Assembly (NCBI RefSeq): GCF_032062105.1
Contig: NW_026932596.1
Span: 1-64,000 of the forward strand
Source of the DNA: Saccostrea cucullata
Taxonomy: Eukaryota
Reading direction: 5' to 3'
DNA: 64,000 nucleotides
In this document: piece by piece, positions 24,115 to 37,060 of the stretch
Position numbering within the stretch: position 1 is the first letter of the stretch
How the letters are laid out: each line of letters starts with the position of its first letter
The notes under the pieces: model-generated
Database searches by the model: none
The model's input: the letters and a program-made list of their open reading frames with translations, nothing else
What the model was told of the DNA's origin: nothing
Made by a program: the position numbers and the translations under genes

Positions 24115-26941
24115 CTACTGATTCTGTTGGTAAAGATTATTATTAAGGTCTTCCGTCTTCACGGAAGACCTTATAGTGATTCTATTGTTTCTTATTATTA
24201 TTCTTTTTTTTTAGACAAAATTTTGTGCAGGCGATTTCTCGTATACTATTCGGTGGATTTCAATGAAAATTTCAGGAATTATAGGTCATTATATGAATTT
24301 TATATAAAATTCCGTTTGTTGGAGAATTCGCTACCAGTGCCAAGTTATGGGCAATTTCCTGATTTTAAAATGCAATTTTGTCTTCGAATGTTCTCGAAAA
24401 CGGCTCAAGATATTAACTGGAGACTTGTTATAGATGATGGACCATGAGTTATAGATGTGCAATTTTGCCTTCGTTTGCGTCGTCGGTACTTCCGGTCGCT
24501 ACAGGAAGTGAATTCAAAATATGCCCTTTTTCAACTTTTTTTGTTTTTCAATATTTTTCTTTGATATAATCAATGGTAATTAAGATCCTACTGGAAAGGC
24601 AAAATATATAATTTATTTAAGAATTGATCAATCCACACACTAGATATTCGCATTTAAAAATCTGAAGCGTGTCCAAGATGGCGGCGGTCTCCGTAAACTC
24701 CGCCATTAAGCAAGTCGGGTTCTAGAAGGTCAGCTGAGCGTTTAGATGAATGAAACTTCCACCATAAAGATTTATGAAATGTAAAGGATTCTTTAGATTG
24801 CTACATCGCAATTACGTTGCATTGAGTATTGTTTTAATAGGAGGTTTCCTCAAACTTCTATTGAAATTGCTTTTGTCTGCATCTCATAGTAGAATACAAC
24901 ATGACTACAAGTGGAAATACGATGACTACAGTCTTTTGTTTTGCACCAGGGAAAACTTATCCTAAACCATGGTTATAAGTAATAGCTTTTCAAGAAACTT
25001 GCCTGACTTGATATTCACTATGTTTCTGAAGTATTACTTGACTTCTGTTTATTTTACCTCGCACCCTTATGACATATTAAATGAATAGAAAAGACAAAAA
25101 TAAGAAAAAAACATTTTTATAAAGATTGTTTATTAAAGGTTATATAAATATTCTTGTAACAAATGCAAGTTATTGAACATAAAGAGTATCAGATTCCTTG
25201 ACCGCTGGAGGGCGAGTGATTTTTTTTTCCAGTGAAACATTCCAGTCTTTTCATGAACGTGTAACTCATCTCCACTTTGGGGGTAAACAGGATACAAAAT
25301 TCATGGAAAATCTTACCGAGTTCACAGCTTTAGTTTTACTTGTCCGTATACTATATTATATTTGTATAATGTGATAAATATACTTTCTAACGCTCGAAAT
25401 TCCGGTTATAAGAACATTCATTTCTAATTTTCATTGAAGCTATCAGATCCATTAAATAGATCAAACATTTCAAAAGAATAGCGTTAAGAACTACTTGTGA
25501 CGTTTGGCACGAAATAATGTATCATGACCAATCTTAAGTAGTAGACAAATGGCGACAATAGTGCAGAAATATATAACATTGGCATGCCTGTATATGGAAT
25601 TGCATGGAATTAAAAGTTGAATACATATCGAATAAAGGAAAGAAAACAGTATCATCTGTTCATCACTAAAAGATTATATATCCAAAAAATTACTGTTAAA
25701 ACTCAAGTAACAAACTCCGATGTGATCATCTTGAGCAAGTTTGGCGCGAAGATTTACTCGTGGCGTTTGACGCAAAATTATGAATAGTGACCGCCTTTCG
25801 TTATTCTAAGACAGATGTACCGTTTCAAAAGTATATACAAGTAGATTTAGAGATGTGGTCCCAATAGCATAACAGTAAGCGCTTTGTATTTTCATGCTGG
25901 CGACCCGGCTTTAATCCCCTTTTTCCATAAAACGCGTTTTATCACTTTTTCTGCTCGATTTTGCAGGGTTTTTTTTTCAGAATCGGACGGAAGACCTCTC
26001 GTTGCTCGCAACGAGTTTCTTTTCTAGTTCTTTTTTTTTTTCTTCTACTTCCTAGACGCCAACTTTGAGGCCTCATATCTCACTCATTTCTCAACGGATT
26101 TCGCTCAAATTTTCAGAGGTTATAGACGTTTATAAACTCTATCAGAATAATGACTCAAATTTCAAAAGGTCACTTCTGGTTTTGAGTTATTCCCCTTTAA
26201 GCAAAAATCATAGGCTTTCGTTTTCGGATAAAGTCGCAGAGACCACAAAAGCTGGAGCAGAAATTTTACTTGATTTCGATAACAGAAGGATTGAAGTTGT
26301 GCACATCGGTTTTTGTTATTCGATTTCTGCATTCAAAATGGCGCTATACTGGGGTCAAAATATTAGAACGCCTAAAAGAGCGAAAATTTACAGATATTTT
26401 CCTTTTTATCTTGAAAACTAAAAATATTTTGTTAAGACATGTTGAATAAAAGTTGTGCATAATTACAAGCGCTTTCATTTGAAATCATTAAAAAGGGGCT
26501 GGCCCCTAAAATTAGGGATCTAGGGCCCTTGAAAGTTTTTGTTTAATATCTCAAAAAGTATTGAGAATTTATAATACATCAAATAAGCGAAGTTGTTCAA
26601 AATGTCAAGCTTTATCTAATGAGGTTGTCAAAATACGTCCGGGGACGTCACTTCCGGTCAAACCGGAAGTAGTCAAAAATTGCAATTTTTGTTGTTCTTG
26701 ACAGGTTTTTTGATATCATATGTCACTGGAAGCTTAAATCTTAATTTTCCGTCCGTTGACGGTACTTCCGGTCAAACCGGAAGTTGCCAAAAATGGCTTG
26801 ATTTTGCAAAAATGAACATAGATTTGGAGGATTAAACCATTTTTCGACTTCATTATTTATTTTTTTTTTCAAATGAAAGTAACTTCCGGTCAAACATGAC
26901 GGAAGACCTACTCGTTGCTTTGCAACGAGCTCGGCTCTAGT
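24084..26941 (+). mobile_element. Helentron/HINE-type non-autonomous rolling-circle element (outer)
   Basis: 5' hairpin AAGGTCTTCCGTT-TCC-AACGGAAGACCTT (24086-24114). 3' subTIR ACGGAAGACCT (26899), hairpin CTCGTTGC/GCAACGAG, then CTAG (26937). Inserted in T-rich sequence. Confidence 0.8.
24143..26028 (+). mobile_element. Helentron/HINE-type element (inner, nested in a relative)
   Basis: Second 5' hairpin at 24145-24172 and second 3' end ACGGAAGACCT-CTCGTTGC-TC-GCAACGAG..CTAGT (25987-26028). Confidence 0.8.
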
Positions 26942-27939
26942 TATTATTATTTATTCATTTATTAATCTATTTATTTATCTATTGTTTATCTAAGTAGTAG
27001 TTTTATCGTCTTAAGTCCACATTATTTTATTAGTGAAAAGAATAAGCATACTTATTTACTATATAAGTAGATTAATTTATTTTTAACTTCATGCGGTAAC
27101 AAATACACGTTTTACGGCGATAAAAATCTTGTTATTAAAATATCGATTTAAACATAGGTACATGTAGCTGCAGAAAATCTTTCTTTTTTTTAATTTATTT
27201 ATTCATTTATCTATTTATTTATCTTTTGTTTATCTTTGTGTATTTATATTTATTCATGACATTGGAATTATAGAATAAAAGAATAATAGCAATGCAAGGA
27301 AAAGATCAAAGGCTTTTCGAATAAATCGTTCATCTTGCGTTCACCGTTCCTTCACCGTTCACTTTGCTCTCGCTTTCGCGCTCCGTTCGCGTTCTGCGTT
27401 CACTTACCGTTCACCGTTCACACATCGTTCACCAAGTTGCGTTCAGCGATTGCACATCGTTTATTCAGCGTTCGTTCAGCGTTCGTTCAGCGTTCAGGTG
27501 GGAAAGTAGAACGTTTAAGGGACTGTACTAGATCAGTTTATTTATATTCTACGAAAGGGTTAAATCGCTCTTTTCGTGCCAAATGTCAATAGTAAGCTAT
27601 CGTCGCGCCTTTTCCTTGGATTGCTCTATTGTATGAATGAGTGTGCTTGCTAACTTTCGTTGAATTAAATAAAGTTTGTCCTTGTAACTTACCTCTTATG
27701 CTTCAGAAACTATATCTAAAAGTTTTAGTAACAGCATTCTTTAAAACAACATTTTGCATACGGGCATGCAACACTAATGATTTTTCTAATTTGAAAAACC
27801 GCCCTTTGTGGTATATAAAAATATCTTAAACGCGTATATTATTGACATAGTCTGGAGAAAATGCATTTAGCTACTGATTTTCCAATAGCATAAGGAATTT
27901 AAGTATAATAAAACTTCCATGGACGTTGATTAAATGTGT

Positions 27940-28445
27940 GATCGTCTTTTGGAGGCTCTCTTTTAAGTGTTTATTCCCGCAAGACAAATTAAAAGAGTTA
28001 ATGGACGTTGTCGGCTGACGTACTGTTCTAGACATTCCTACTAAAATGGGATCATCATATGGAAAGATTTTGAAATACGAGTGAAAATGAAGATAAGTCG
28101 GTGCGAGAAATTACCCAGGCTTTTCTTGGGGAAAAAGGAGAATAGGGAAGCTTTTGTATTTTAGTTCGAATGTGACATAGGATGAGATGCTTCTACAACG
28201 TGACGTGATAAACAATGTACTGTCTAACCTGACGTAACGTTACGTACAAATTCCCCCATTGTTTCACAACTATCCATTTTCAGAAAGGTCGTGTGACCTT
28301 ATTCGTAATTGGAGAGTGGTGAAATTTTCCAGAACTGTTGCTATATGACTCTATATTATGAATATGCTTGTTGGTTGCGTTTGCTTTCATTAAATCATGA
28401 TAAAATTTTAAAAAGAAATTCCACGAACTTTTGGATCAACCCTCG
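27940..28445. mobile_element. Degenerate mariner remnant with right TIR
   Basis: Ends CCACGAACTTTTGGATCAACCCTCG|TA, the same TIR family as 37061-38127 and 55761. Left boundary uncertain. Confidence 0.5.
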
Positions 28446-29441
28446 TATCTATCTTATAAATTAATTCATTTTCATGCTTTTTTTTAAAATCTTATCCCCC
28501 CGTTTGCATATTATAAAGTTCAATTCCAATGAAAATTTCGTCCCACCAGCATATACATCTCTTGATAGAAAGAAAAAAAAATCAGTTTTCTTAAGTCAAA
28601 GAAGTATAATTTAAATTAGAAGAAGGTACGGCTTGGGCTTTCTTGTACCCAATACGTTTATGTTCTTAAAAAGTTATGAAATTGACTAATATGATTAATC
28701 ATGAAAAGATATGGCATGAAGGAGGACCATTCTGGAAATATGTCATTATTTATTTGGTACATTCTAAGTTTAATGCAGTAAAGCTTCAAAACGACTCATT
28801 TCTGTGCCTATTTTCCTATGGAAAACTGTGTCCGCCGCCTTCGCCTTCATTTGTTTGGATATACATGTATCATATAAACTGCTTTGAAAAATCTCATATC
28901 TGAAATTATTTGTGGACGATGCATACAGAATACGTTTTCTTGAAGAAAATTCGGCTAAATCTGATGACTTCTGCAACTTTTAAAGAAAATACGGGAATAT
29001 CAACAGGTTTATTGCGTCACATTTAGTATGAAGGGGTTCATATGAGAAAAAAGCATTTGTGTTTTCTTATTGCATGGAATTCATTTGAATCCGAAAAAAC
29101 GAATTTTATACCTCATATCAGTTTCACATATCAGAAAAATACCGAGACCAGTTTCACAAAGCTGTTTTATGAATAAGATCTGTTTTAAGACCGAAAATTA
29201 TCTTAAGATTGCACCATAGCTGTTCTACAAAACTGTCATGTCTTATAATAATCTAAACAACCATAAAAATCTTAAGACAACTATATACATTCTTAAGTCT
29301 GTTGACAGCATATATTTTGGACATAAACGGTTTTTAATGATACACAATCCTTTGGACTATATTAGGCAAGACGGAAAAATACCCCCCCCCCCCCTCACCC
29401 TCTGCAAAAAATCACTTGTGTATCAGGTTAGCTTTACGGCC

Positions 29442-31635
29442 TGTAACAATGATTTCCAATAGTTCTTTGTCGTTGCAAAAGTCACGTGATTTAAATTGGC
29501 TGGGACAATTCCAGGGTGAGCTGTCGTGTGAGTAACACGTGTATTAGAAGGCAGTCGAGTTTACTGCAGGGGCAATATGTTTTCCAGTATGCAACGTACA
29601 GAAACTAAGTATTAACAAAAGGCACGGAGAGCCTGTATGTATATGAGGTATGTATATTTTGTATTTTTTAAATTATTCTTAGAGTGTATTTTGTAAGTAC
29701 ATGTATTCTTGCTAATCGAGTGACCTAATTATAAACTTGGCTTACATTCACTTGTCTAACTTATACCTCTAACCTGTGTGAGCAGTCAAGTGTATCGGTA
29801 GCGAGAGTTTAAGGTGGCTCATTAAATCCAGTTTATTTTAGATTTCATTACAGCACCACTTATAATGTATATGTCAAATATCCAAAACGAGGTATTGATA
29901 TCATAAATATTTTTTAGATAATTTTTTTTAGCTTTTGTCTAAATTTTTGTGAAATGTTTTGTTTCAAGTTTATTATTACTAGAATTTGAGAACTTTCAGT
30001 GTCAAATGATGGGCATCTTCTTAAGACAAGTACACACAGTGAAAATACCTCATAATACCTAATTTTAATTTAATTAGAAAAAATAATTTTCTCTCAAAAA
30101 ATAATTTATGTCATTATCTTTTTAATCTGTGCACAAAACATTCAGAAAATGAGTTCTGAAGAGACAAGGCATGTATTTCAATGAATTACATGTGACAAAT
30201 TGAATGAAGAATGTTTAAACGAAATGAAAATTTCAATTTAAAAATATTTGGTATAAAAAGTCCACTTTCAAGAGTTATCTTTCCTAATTAGCCAAGACTC
30301 AAAACACTAAGGAACGTTTGAACATTACATCTAAAATTCAGAAAAAAAGCTTAAAATTCCCAGAGTATATATTTAAATCAATAAAGCAAATTATAAATTA
30401 ATACCAACACAGTAAATATTTTGCAAGTAAATAACTTTTTTAATTTCAATAAGGTTGTAGATTTTAACTCGAATTTCCTCCATACAAACATGTCGATCAT
30501 TGATAGATCTCACTGCATGCATCGCTATGAAATTACACAATACTTGTTTAGCGAAGATTTGGCTGTTGTTTTCTCTTGTTTCTGCTTAAAAGCAATCCTT
30601 CTTGGACTATGCATAATGAATCCGTTACATTGTTTTCACTGTTTATATCACCGCATCTTTCATCTATTTTTAAAGCGTTTTAAAGGTCAGGGTCATATTA
30701 TAGAGGTACCTGTACAATTCGTCCCCAAAGGAAAACGGTCGAAACAATGGAGGTTTATTTTTTTTGTGTAGTACGTCATCAAGAAGTGGTGTAACGAGCC
30801 TCCTAAAATACCCAGTTCTTTTACTGTCGATATAATATTGTATGACTATATTTATGTCACTTTTGAGTGCTTCTGTAGGTGTGTTTGTGTGCTTGATATC
30901 AATTTGGTGAATTCTTACAGTGTATTAGGCGGAAGTGAGCAGCCGGAAGTGGTCGCCATATTGTTTTGAGTTTACAAAACAATGTATGTATGCTTTATAT
31001 CATAACTTGTTGAGGTATTTAGACAGACATATTTCATTTAAACTTTATCTAAATATTATATAATTAAGTGTTGCCATTATATTATGTTGCCTTATTGGAA
31101 AACTTATGAGTCCTGTAAATTTTAGCGTTATGACATTGGTGAAGTACGAGGACATAGATGAGTGAGCTTACGATCCAGATGGGACAAAGACAGTCAAGGT
31201 TTCTGGGGATTATCATCGCCTTCCTACAAGTTCCGAGACTACAGCCCAAAAAGCGATCGGACGATTGATGAAGCTAAGCTGAAACTTTTGGTGTTGAGAT
31301 TCAGTTAAGTCGATCTTAAAGGAACTAGAACTTAGAGCTCGTGAATGTGGCAAACCTAGATATAAAGAACTGTGCAAGTGAACATTTACAGGGCAACAAA
31401 ATAAATCACGATCTGAGATAATTTATATAGAAACATTAAATCTGTCTCTCTGTCAAGTTATAAGGTTTGTTGATTTTTTTCGTACAAGTTTATATGGAGG
31501 AGAGACGTGCAAGTGAGTGTGTGAGTGTAAGTGTGATTACGTAAACATATTGTACTTTCATTTTTGTAAATAAATTTCTTTATTTGGAACTGTCTTGAGT
31601 GTTATTTGGAGATGGCCTGGCTCAACCACGTTACG
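29442..31635 (+). mobile_element. Solo LTR (TGTAAC...GTTAC) interrupted by a Kolobok-type MITE
   Basis: TGTAAC at 29442 and GTTAC(g) at 31630-31635, AATAAA ~65 bp before the end, ~1.2 kb once the MITE is removed. No matching short TSD. Confidence 0.55.
29813..30803. mobile_element. Kolobok-type MITE
   Basis: TTAA|GGTGGCTCATTAAATCCA ... TGGTGTAACGAGCCTCC|TAAA; TIR and TSD both degenerate. Confidence 0.55.
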
Positions 31636-32214
31636 TAGAACAATATTTGGACTATATTAGGCAAGACAGAACGATAACCTTCCCCCCTCACCCTCTGCAA
31701 AAAAATATTTTTGCCAATAAATAAACGATAGAAATCCTAAAATGTACCTACTTTATGTTTTACCACTGTATTCATTTCAATGCATTCTTTCTTTGCTTGT
31801 GTCCCTCCCAACTGAAATTGCATCCCCCAAAATGATTCTTAAGGCAATATATGTACATTTATGTAAAATCCATATATCATATATAACTTTATTCAAAATC
31901 ATTTCATATTAATTCCATACGCCGCAAAAATATCACGATAACTATGACCAAACATTGCTAATTTAAGCAATTTTAAAATGACTTAAGTGATTCCAGATTT
32001 ATGTAGTTTATTTATTGATAGGGTACATTAATATTTTTTTTATAAACTGAAATACGAAGTATATGCATTTTTAGGGATTAGATAAGTTAGATAAGTCCAC
32101 GAAAGTAAAAACAAAATACTTATATGTAGCTACACTTCATTTTTTATACGTTTTACTTTATTTTGTTACATTATGGTGGTTTTTTTTCAGAAATTAGAAA
32201 GTAAACATTTCTTT

Positions 32215-32430
32215 CAGTCGTGCAAAATTAGATATAGACACTGAGACGTGCTACTACCCCAAAAAAGCGTGTGACTTTCGTGCGCTTTCAGTTTCGTGCA
32301 AACTGCCGTGTAGCGTTTCGTGTAAACCGTGCAGCGTTTCTTGTAAGCTCCAAAGCGTTTCGTGCAAACCGTGTAGCGAACGTGCGAGAAGCGTGTGAGA
32401 AAAGTGCGACTTTCGTGTAAGAATCGAGTT
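32215..32430. repeat. (TTTCGTG/CCGTG) short-repeat cluster after CAGTCGTG, probably one end of a TIR element
   Basis: Same architecture (CAGT start, then short CG-containing repeats) as the 8448 and 22049 elements. Partner end not found. Confidence 0.4.
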
Positions 32431-33004
32431 AGATTCATTCGGAATTCATTTCATTTTAGATATGGCTATTGATGGGTCAGGATGTCAAATTGTATTAGTA
32501 TTTTTTTTATTGAATTGGATATGCATGCTATATTTTAGGAGAAAAAATAATGGAGCAACAAAATGAAATTACACTGTAATGTATAATATATAATTATTTG
32601 TTTCTATTTTCTCTTCCTTCTAAAGAAAATGCGTTCAAATTAATCAAATATGTACAACAATTTTAAGGGCATGGAATTCAATATACTATCAAGGCGACCA
32701 TTTAAAGCAAAAATATATCAGGACTTCATGCAGTCTTGTCTTTACATTTAAAGTACGCGAAAGAAAATTTTGAAACGTTGTGTCATTTAATACCTTTTAA
32801 TACATAACATTTGTTGCTCATTATTGTCAAATAATAAATTGATTATAATTTTAATTCACATGCATTGACGTTTCAATAAAGCAAGTATACGCTTATACAT
32901 GGTACATTGCATTTCCTTTGTATTGCAGTATTTTCGAAAAGGCGTGTGTCTTTCATTATCTTTTGCTACTCTGATATGTTATTCTTCTCTTCTATAATTG
33001 TAAC

Positions 33005-33396
33005 AAGAAGGATATGGAGATAACGAACAGCATTCAATCTCAAAGTCCATAAAACAATACAAAACAAGAGCAGAGCAAACACGGACCTCCGAAACATCAG
33101 AGGTGGGATCAGGTGCCATGGAGGAGTGAGCATCCCCTGCTGATCGGTCACACTCGCCGTGTGCTCATTGTCATTTTCGTGAAATAACGGTAAAATCCGT
33201 CGTCAATTCAGTGTATAAATAATGGACTAACAATTGGTATGGAAAACGTCAGTCAGCATTTGATTCAATGATAAATTGTATTTGCTGACAAGGTCATTGT
33301 ATCGACCATAGAACTTACGAAATGATGACTTTAGACGAGACTTCTGATATTCTTGTTTCATCAACTTGCTTGTCAATAATTTACCTCACAGCAAGT
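33005..33396 (-). mobile_element. 3' fragment of a Naiad-like Penelope-like retroelement
   Basis: The minus strand encodes LTSKLMKQEYQKSRLKSSFRKFYGRYNDLVSKYNLSLNQMLTDVFHT (RT thumb C-terminus with no C-terminal endonuclease). The GC-rich motif follows at 33160-33081. Confidence 0.7.
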
Positions 33397-33486
33397 GTTT
33401 TCTTCCTTTCACGCATAAGGTTTTGCATAAATTTTGCTTCATATGAATATAATAATAGGTCTGCTAATTACAAGCTTTCTGTTTAC

Positions 33487-33525
33487 CTGGATTTCTTTTT
33501 CCATATTCTTTTCTTAATCTTTTCT
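33487..33525 (-). CDS. Candidate first coding micro-exon of the GVIN1-like gene (MEKEIQ)
   Basis: TTTTTTATTTGCAG| 39-nt exon |GTAAAC. ATG at 33504 in AATATGG context with an in-frame TAA upstream. The phase-0 donor fits the phase-0 acceptor at 19618 (DIKHH...). Confidence 0.55.
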
Positions 33526-34949
33526 CTGCAAATAAAAAAAAACAAAACAATTTTGAGTACATTGTACTTTTAGGCTATAATTCATAACTATGTATTGCAT
33601 TTGTTGGTATTTCTAGTGCTTATCTTCGAGCTACCAGCATTTCAGTGAACCTATCTCTCACCAAAGGGAGCCCCGTAGCAACCTCTTATATGCAGCTTAA
33701 TGATACAAATATATAAAAAAAAATATGATGAATCGTTGCAAGTGCATAAATTATTACATTAATAGTTGACATTCTCAACCGCTAATGCTTAACCACTCCA
33801 CAAGCTTCAGTTTGTGAGAGATCTTCACTGAACAGTATTTGAATACGAGATCTAAAAAGGTCTTCTGGAAAATAAGAAAAAAAAATCTAGCATATTTAAA
33901 AATCGTTACATTCTATATTTTCATAAAGATGAAAGATTAAACATCTACAAAGCTGATAAATTTAATCATTAAAATAGAGCGCAATAGTTTATTTATTTAC
34001 AGTAAATTACAAGTTTTCGCCCAGTTACGATAAGTGTGTGAGCGGAGTCCGTTTTAGTGTTTAGTGTTAAGCTATGTGTAACAGATTTGTCACTGATATA
34101 TTATTGTTTAGGGAAGTTAAATCTAATCATGATACCTAATTATATCTTGCCTTTTAGCTTATCAGTTATTGAAAACTCAAGACAACTTTGAATACTAACA
34201 AGCAAATCCGAAATATTCTGCAGCAAGGTATACAAGTATGTCATGTTGTTCTATAGTTAGGTGTGATTTCTTTTGTTAAAATTAAAGATTATCTTTTCAA
34301 AACAAAGACTTTCCTGTAACTCCGCCCATAGAGTCGGGACAATAGAATTATAAAAATATGCACAATTTAATTTGAAACAAGCACTCTGAGAGTATTGCAT
34401 AAGCAACATATGTCCCGTACCGGGTTCCCCTTTTCTCTTTAGGATGCCATTTTATTAAATTCTGTCTTTGAAAAAAGTGTCCTCTTCAAAATGTGGAAAT
34501 TTCAATAATTGTTTGCTTTTAAATGAAATGTCTTGGAATTAAGTTGATTTGTTGAACAAACAAAGACGTGTATGTACAATGTCATTAAAACAGCTCATTT
34601 TACATGGTTAAAAATAACAATTCAATAAAAAATCAAACTTTATCTATGGTTTGTCACTTAGTTAGAATTATCTGTGTCTTTGTACTCTAACCAAGGTTAG
34701 AATGCATCCCATACACTCGTAATGTAGCAAAAAATTGCAGAATTAGAATTGCTTTGAAGAATACGAAAGGATTTGCAAAATGACTCAATTATTTAAAACA
34801 AACCTTTTAAGATTGCACATGCATTGAACCTAAAGTAAATAATCCATTTGATATATTGTCAATAAAATCAAAGCGACTTTTAAGTCCGTACGTGACAAAG
34901 TTTCGACTTTTACGTGTAGATACAATTTTGAAAAGTTTAAATTAAAAAA

Positions 34950-35405
34950 AAAAACTGCAGTTTGATAGGATTCTGAATTCATCATGTCAAGATAAGATTG
35001 GGGGTAACAAATGATCTAATCAATTATCTATTGTGATGTCTTTTGGCATATTTCAAGTTTTTGCTTTAATTTTGACAGTTTCCAAAATATTCCAAAAAAA
35101 ATACTGCAGTTTGATTGGATTCTGAATTCATCATGTCAAGATAACATTGGGGTAACAAATTATCATATTTCTAATCCATTATCTATTGTGATGTCTTTTG
35201 GCATATTTCAAGTTTTTGCTTGAATTTTGACAGTTTCCAAAATATTAAAAAAAAATAATGCAGTTTAATTGGATTCTGAATTCATCATGTCAAGATAAGA
35301 TTGGGGGTAACAAATTATTATATTTTTAATCCATTATCTATTGTGATGTCTTTTGGAATATTTCAAGTTTTTGCTTTAATTTTGACAGTTTCCAAAGTAT
35401 TCAAA
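34950..35405. repeat. Three ~150-bp tandem repeats, probably inside a Helitron-type element starting near 34375
   Basis: Unit TGCAGTTT..GGATTCTGAATTCATCATGTCAAGATAA..TTTGACAGTTTCCAAA occurs three times. Confidence 0.85.
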
Positions 35406-36339
35406 ATGGGAAAAAGGTAAATCATACCACACGCAAAATGGCGACGCTTGATGATATAAGGGCGCACCAAAGAGTAGTTTAGTTCGATTTAGATAGGAGT
35501 AATGACGTCCTTAGAGATCTTAATTCAATGAATGCAAAAGATAAAAATGAAATGTAAATATCACTTGATATACAAATTAAATGGAAGTGTTTTTGTTTTT
35601 TTAGGGAGCCCCGGGGTAGGAAAAACATATGGAAAAACTGCTTTGTTAAATATAGAGACAAACACAGTCAATGTAGACCGTCGTTCTAAGACTGCTTATT
35701 CAGTTGAATGATATTGGGAATACCGTCAATAACTTACATATGGACGAATAAATATTCAAAAGGTCCGTTTGTTTGCGAGATTGGTTCCACGACTATTCTC
35801 GTACGAATGGTAAACTCAAGTGTGTGTACCAATGAAATTGTTCATTTAAGTGAGATCTTCAGACACTTAGACGTTATCATCAGTGCACTGTAGGGACGTG
35901 AAAGCATATTTTTTATGCATTGTAGTTAAGCGTTGAAATTGCATGTTAAATGCTATAAATAATTGTATAAATAGCTGACATTCTCAAACGCTAGGCTAAA
36001 TCACCGCTTAATGATAGAATTATATCATCTAGCGTCAAATATGCAGAGAAACACTGACACTTAACTAAACAAGCTAATATTACGGAATGCCATCACTGCT
36101 TAATATAAGAACACTGCAATTGCATTGCGACAACCTTCTATTACAATATGTCAACTCTTTATTACATTTACAAACACTACTATACATGTATATCTACTGT
36201 ATCTTTACTCATATGGTCTTCAAAATTTCATATCAAAATGTTGTAAATTGATATCCATTTTGTGAGTTATCAGGACATATCATTAAGTCACGGAGCAGCA
36301 AAATCTTTGATGTCAGGGCATTATAAAAAAATATATTAC

Positions 36340-36435
36340 CTTTCATTTTCTCAACATTTTCCTTAGATTTCCTGTTAAGCTTGAGTTACCTTATCTACTT
36401 ATTATCCATGCACTATTTCTCCTCAATCTTAAAAT
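36340..36435 (-). other. Candidate 5'-UTR exon of the GVIN1-like gene
   Basis: TTTACTTGTTTCATAG| 96 nt |GTAATA on the minus strand, in non-repetitive DNA. No transcript evidence. Confidence 0.3.
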
Positions 36436-37060
36436 CTATGAAACAAGTAAAGCATATTCTTTTTTTGTTTTGTTCCAATACATTTGTACCAAAAACTGCA
36501 AAACAGGTACGTATTTAATTTTGAAATATAATGTGACATTGGTCACTCTAATTTTTCAGTCCGAAAAAAAGATTTCGCACAGGCGCCTAAAGTATGGATC
36601 GATACCCCCCCCTCTTTTTTTAATAAAAAAATAAGAGCGTAAAATATCTCAAATATATACAGTGTATATATAAATAAATCCCCGTCAAGCACATCTATAT
36701 GTCGTTCTATGCAAGAAGATGCGTTTTTTCACGTAAATAAAGAATGGTCTTATACGGCATAATTTTATTGCTTGTGGGTATTCCCACCAGTATACTAGTC
36801 CTGCTGAGGAAGGAGTACTGAAAATGGGGGGGACGATCGTCGCCAAACCTTACAGTCCCTGACAGGTTCTACTTTGCCATTTTTCCGTTTGCTCACCGAT
36901 CGTTCAGCTTTCGTTCACCGTTTGTTCTGCTTGCGTTCACCGTTCGCTCTCCGTTCACAGTTTTGCGTTCACAGTTAACCGTGCACCCGAGTTTACCGTT
37001 CACAAATCGTTCACCGTTCGCTCTTCGTTCCGTTTACTTTGCATTCACCGTTCACTTATA

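Larger units (their letters stand above)
23890..27235. repeat. ~240-bp tandem duplication split by Helentron insertion
   Basis: 23890-24083 closely matches 26991-27180 (AAGTAGTAGTTTTATC...GCGGTAACAAATACACGTTTTACGGCGA...CAGAAAAT), and 26945-26990 matches 27195-27235. Confidence 0.8.
22049..27525. mobile_element. Non-autonomous TA-TSD DNA transposon with CACCGTTC subterminal repeats, expanded by nested insertions
   Basis: TIR (C)AGTCCCTGAAACGTTCTACTTTCCC ... GGGAAAGTAGAACGTTTAAGGGACTG|TA. Repeat clusters at 22080-22260 and 27325-27497. A paralogous copy starts at 36853. Confidence 0.8.
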
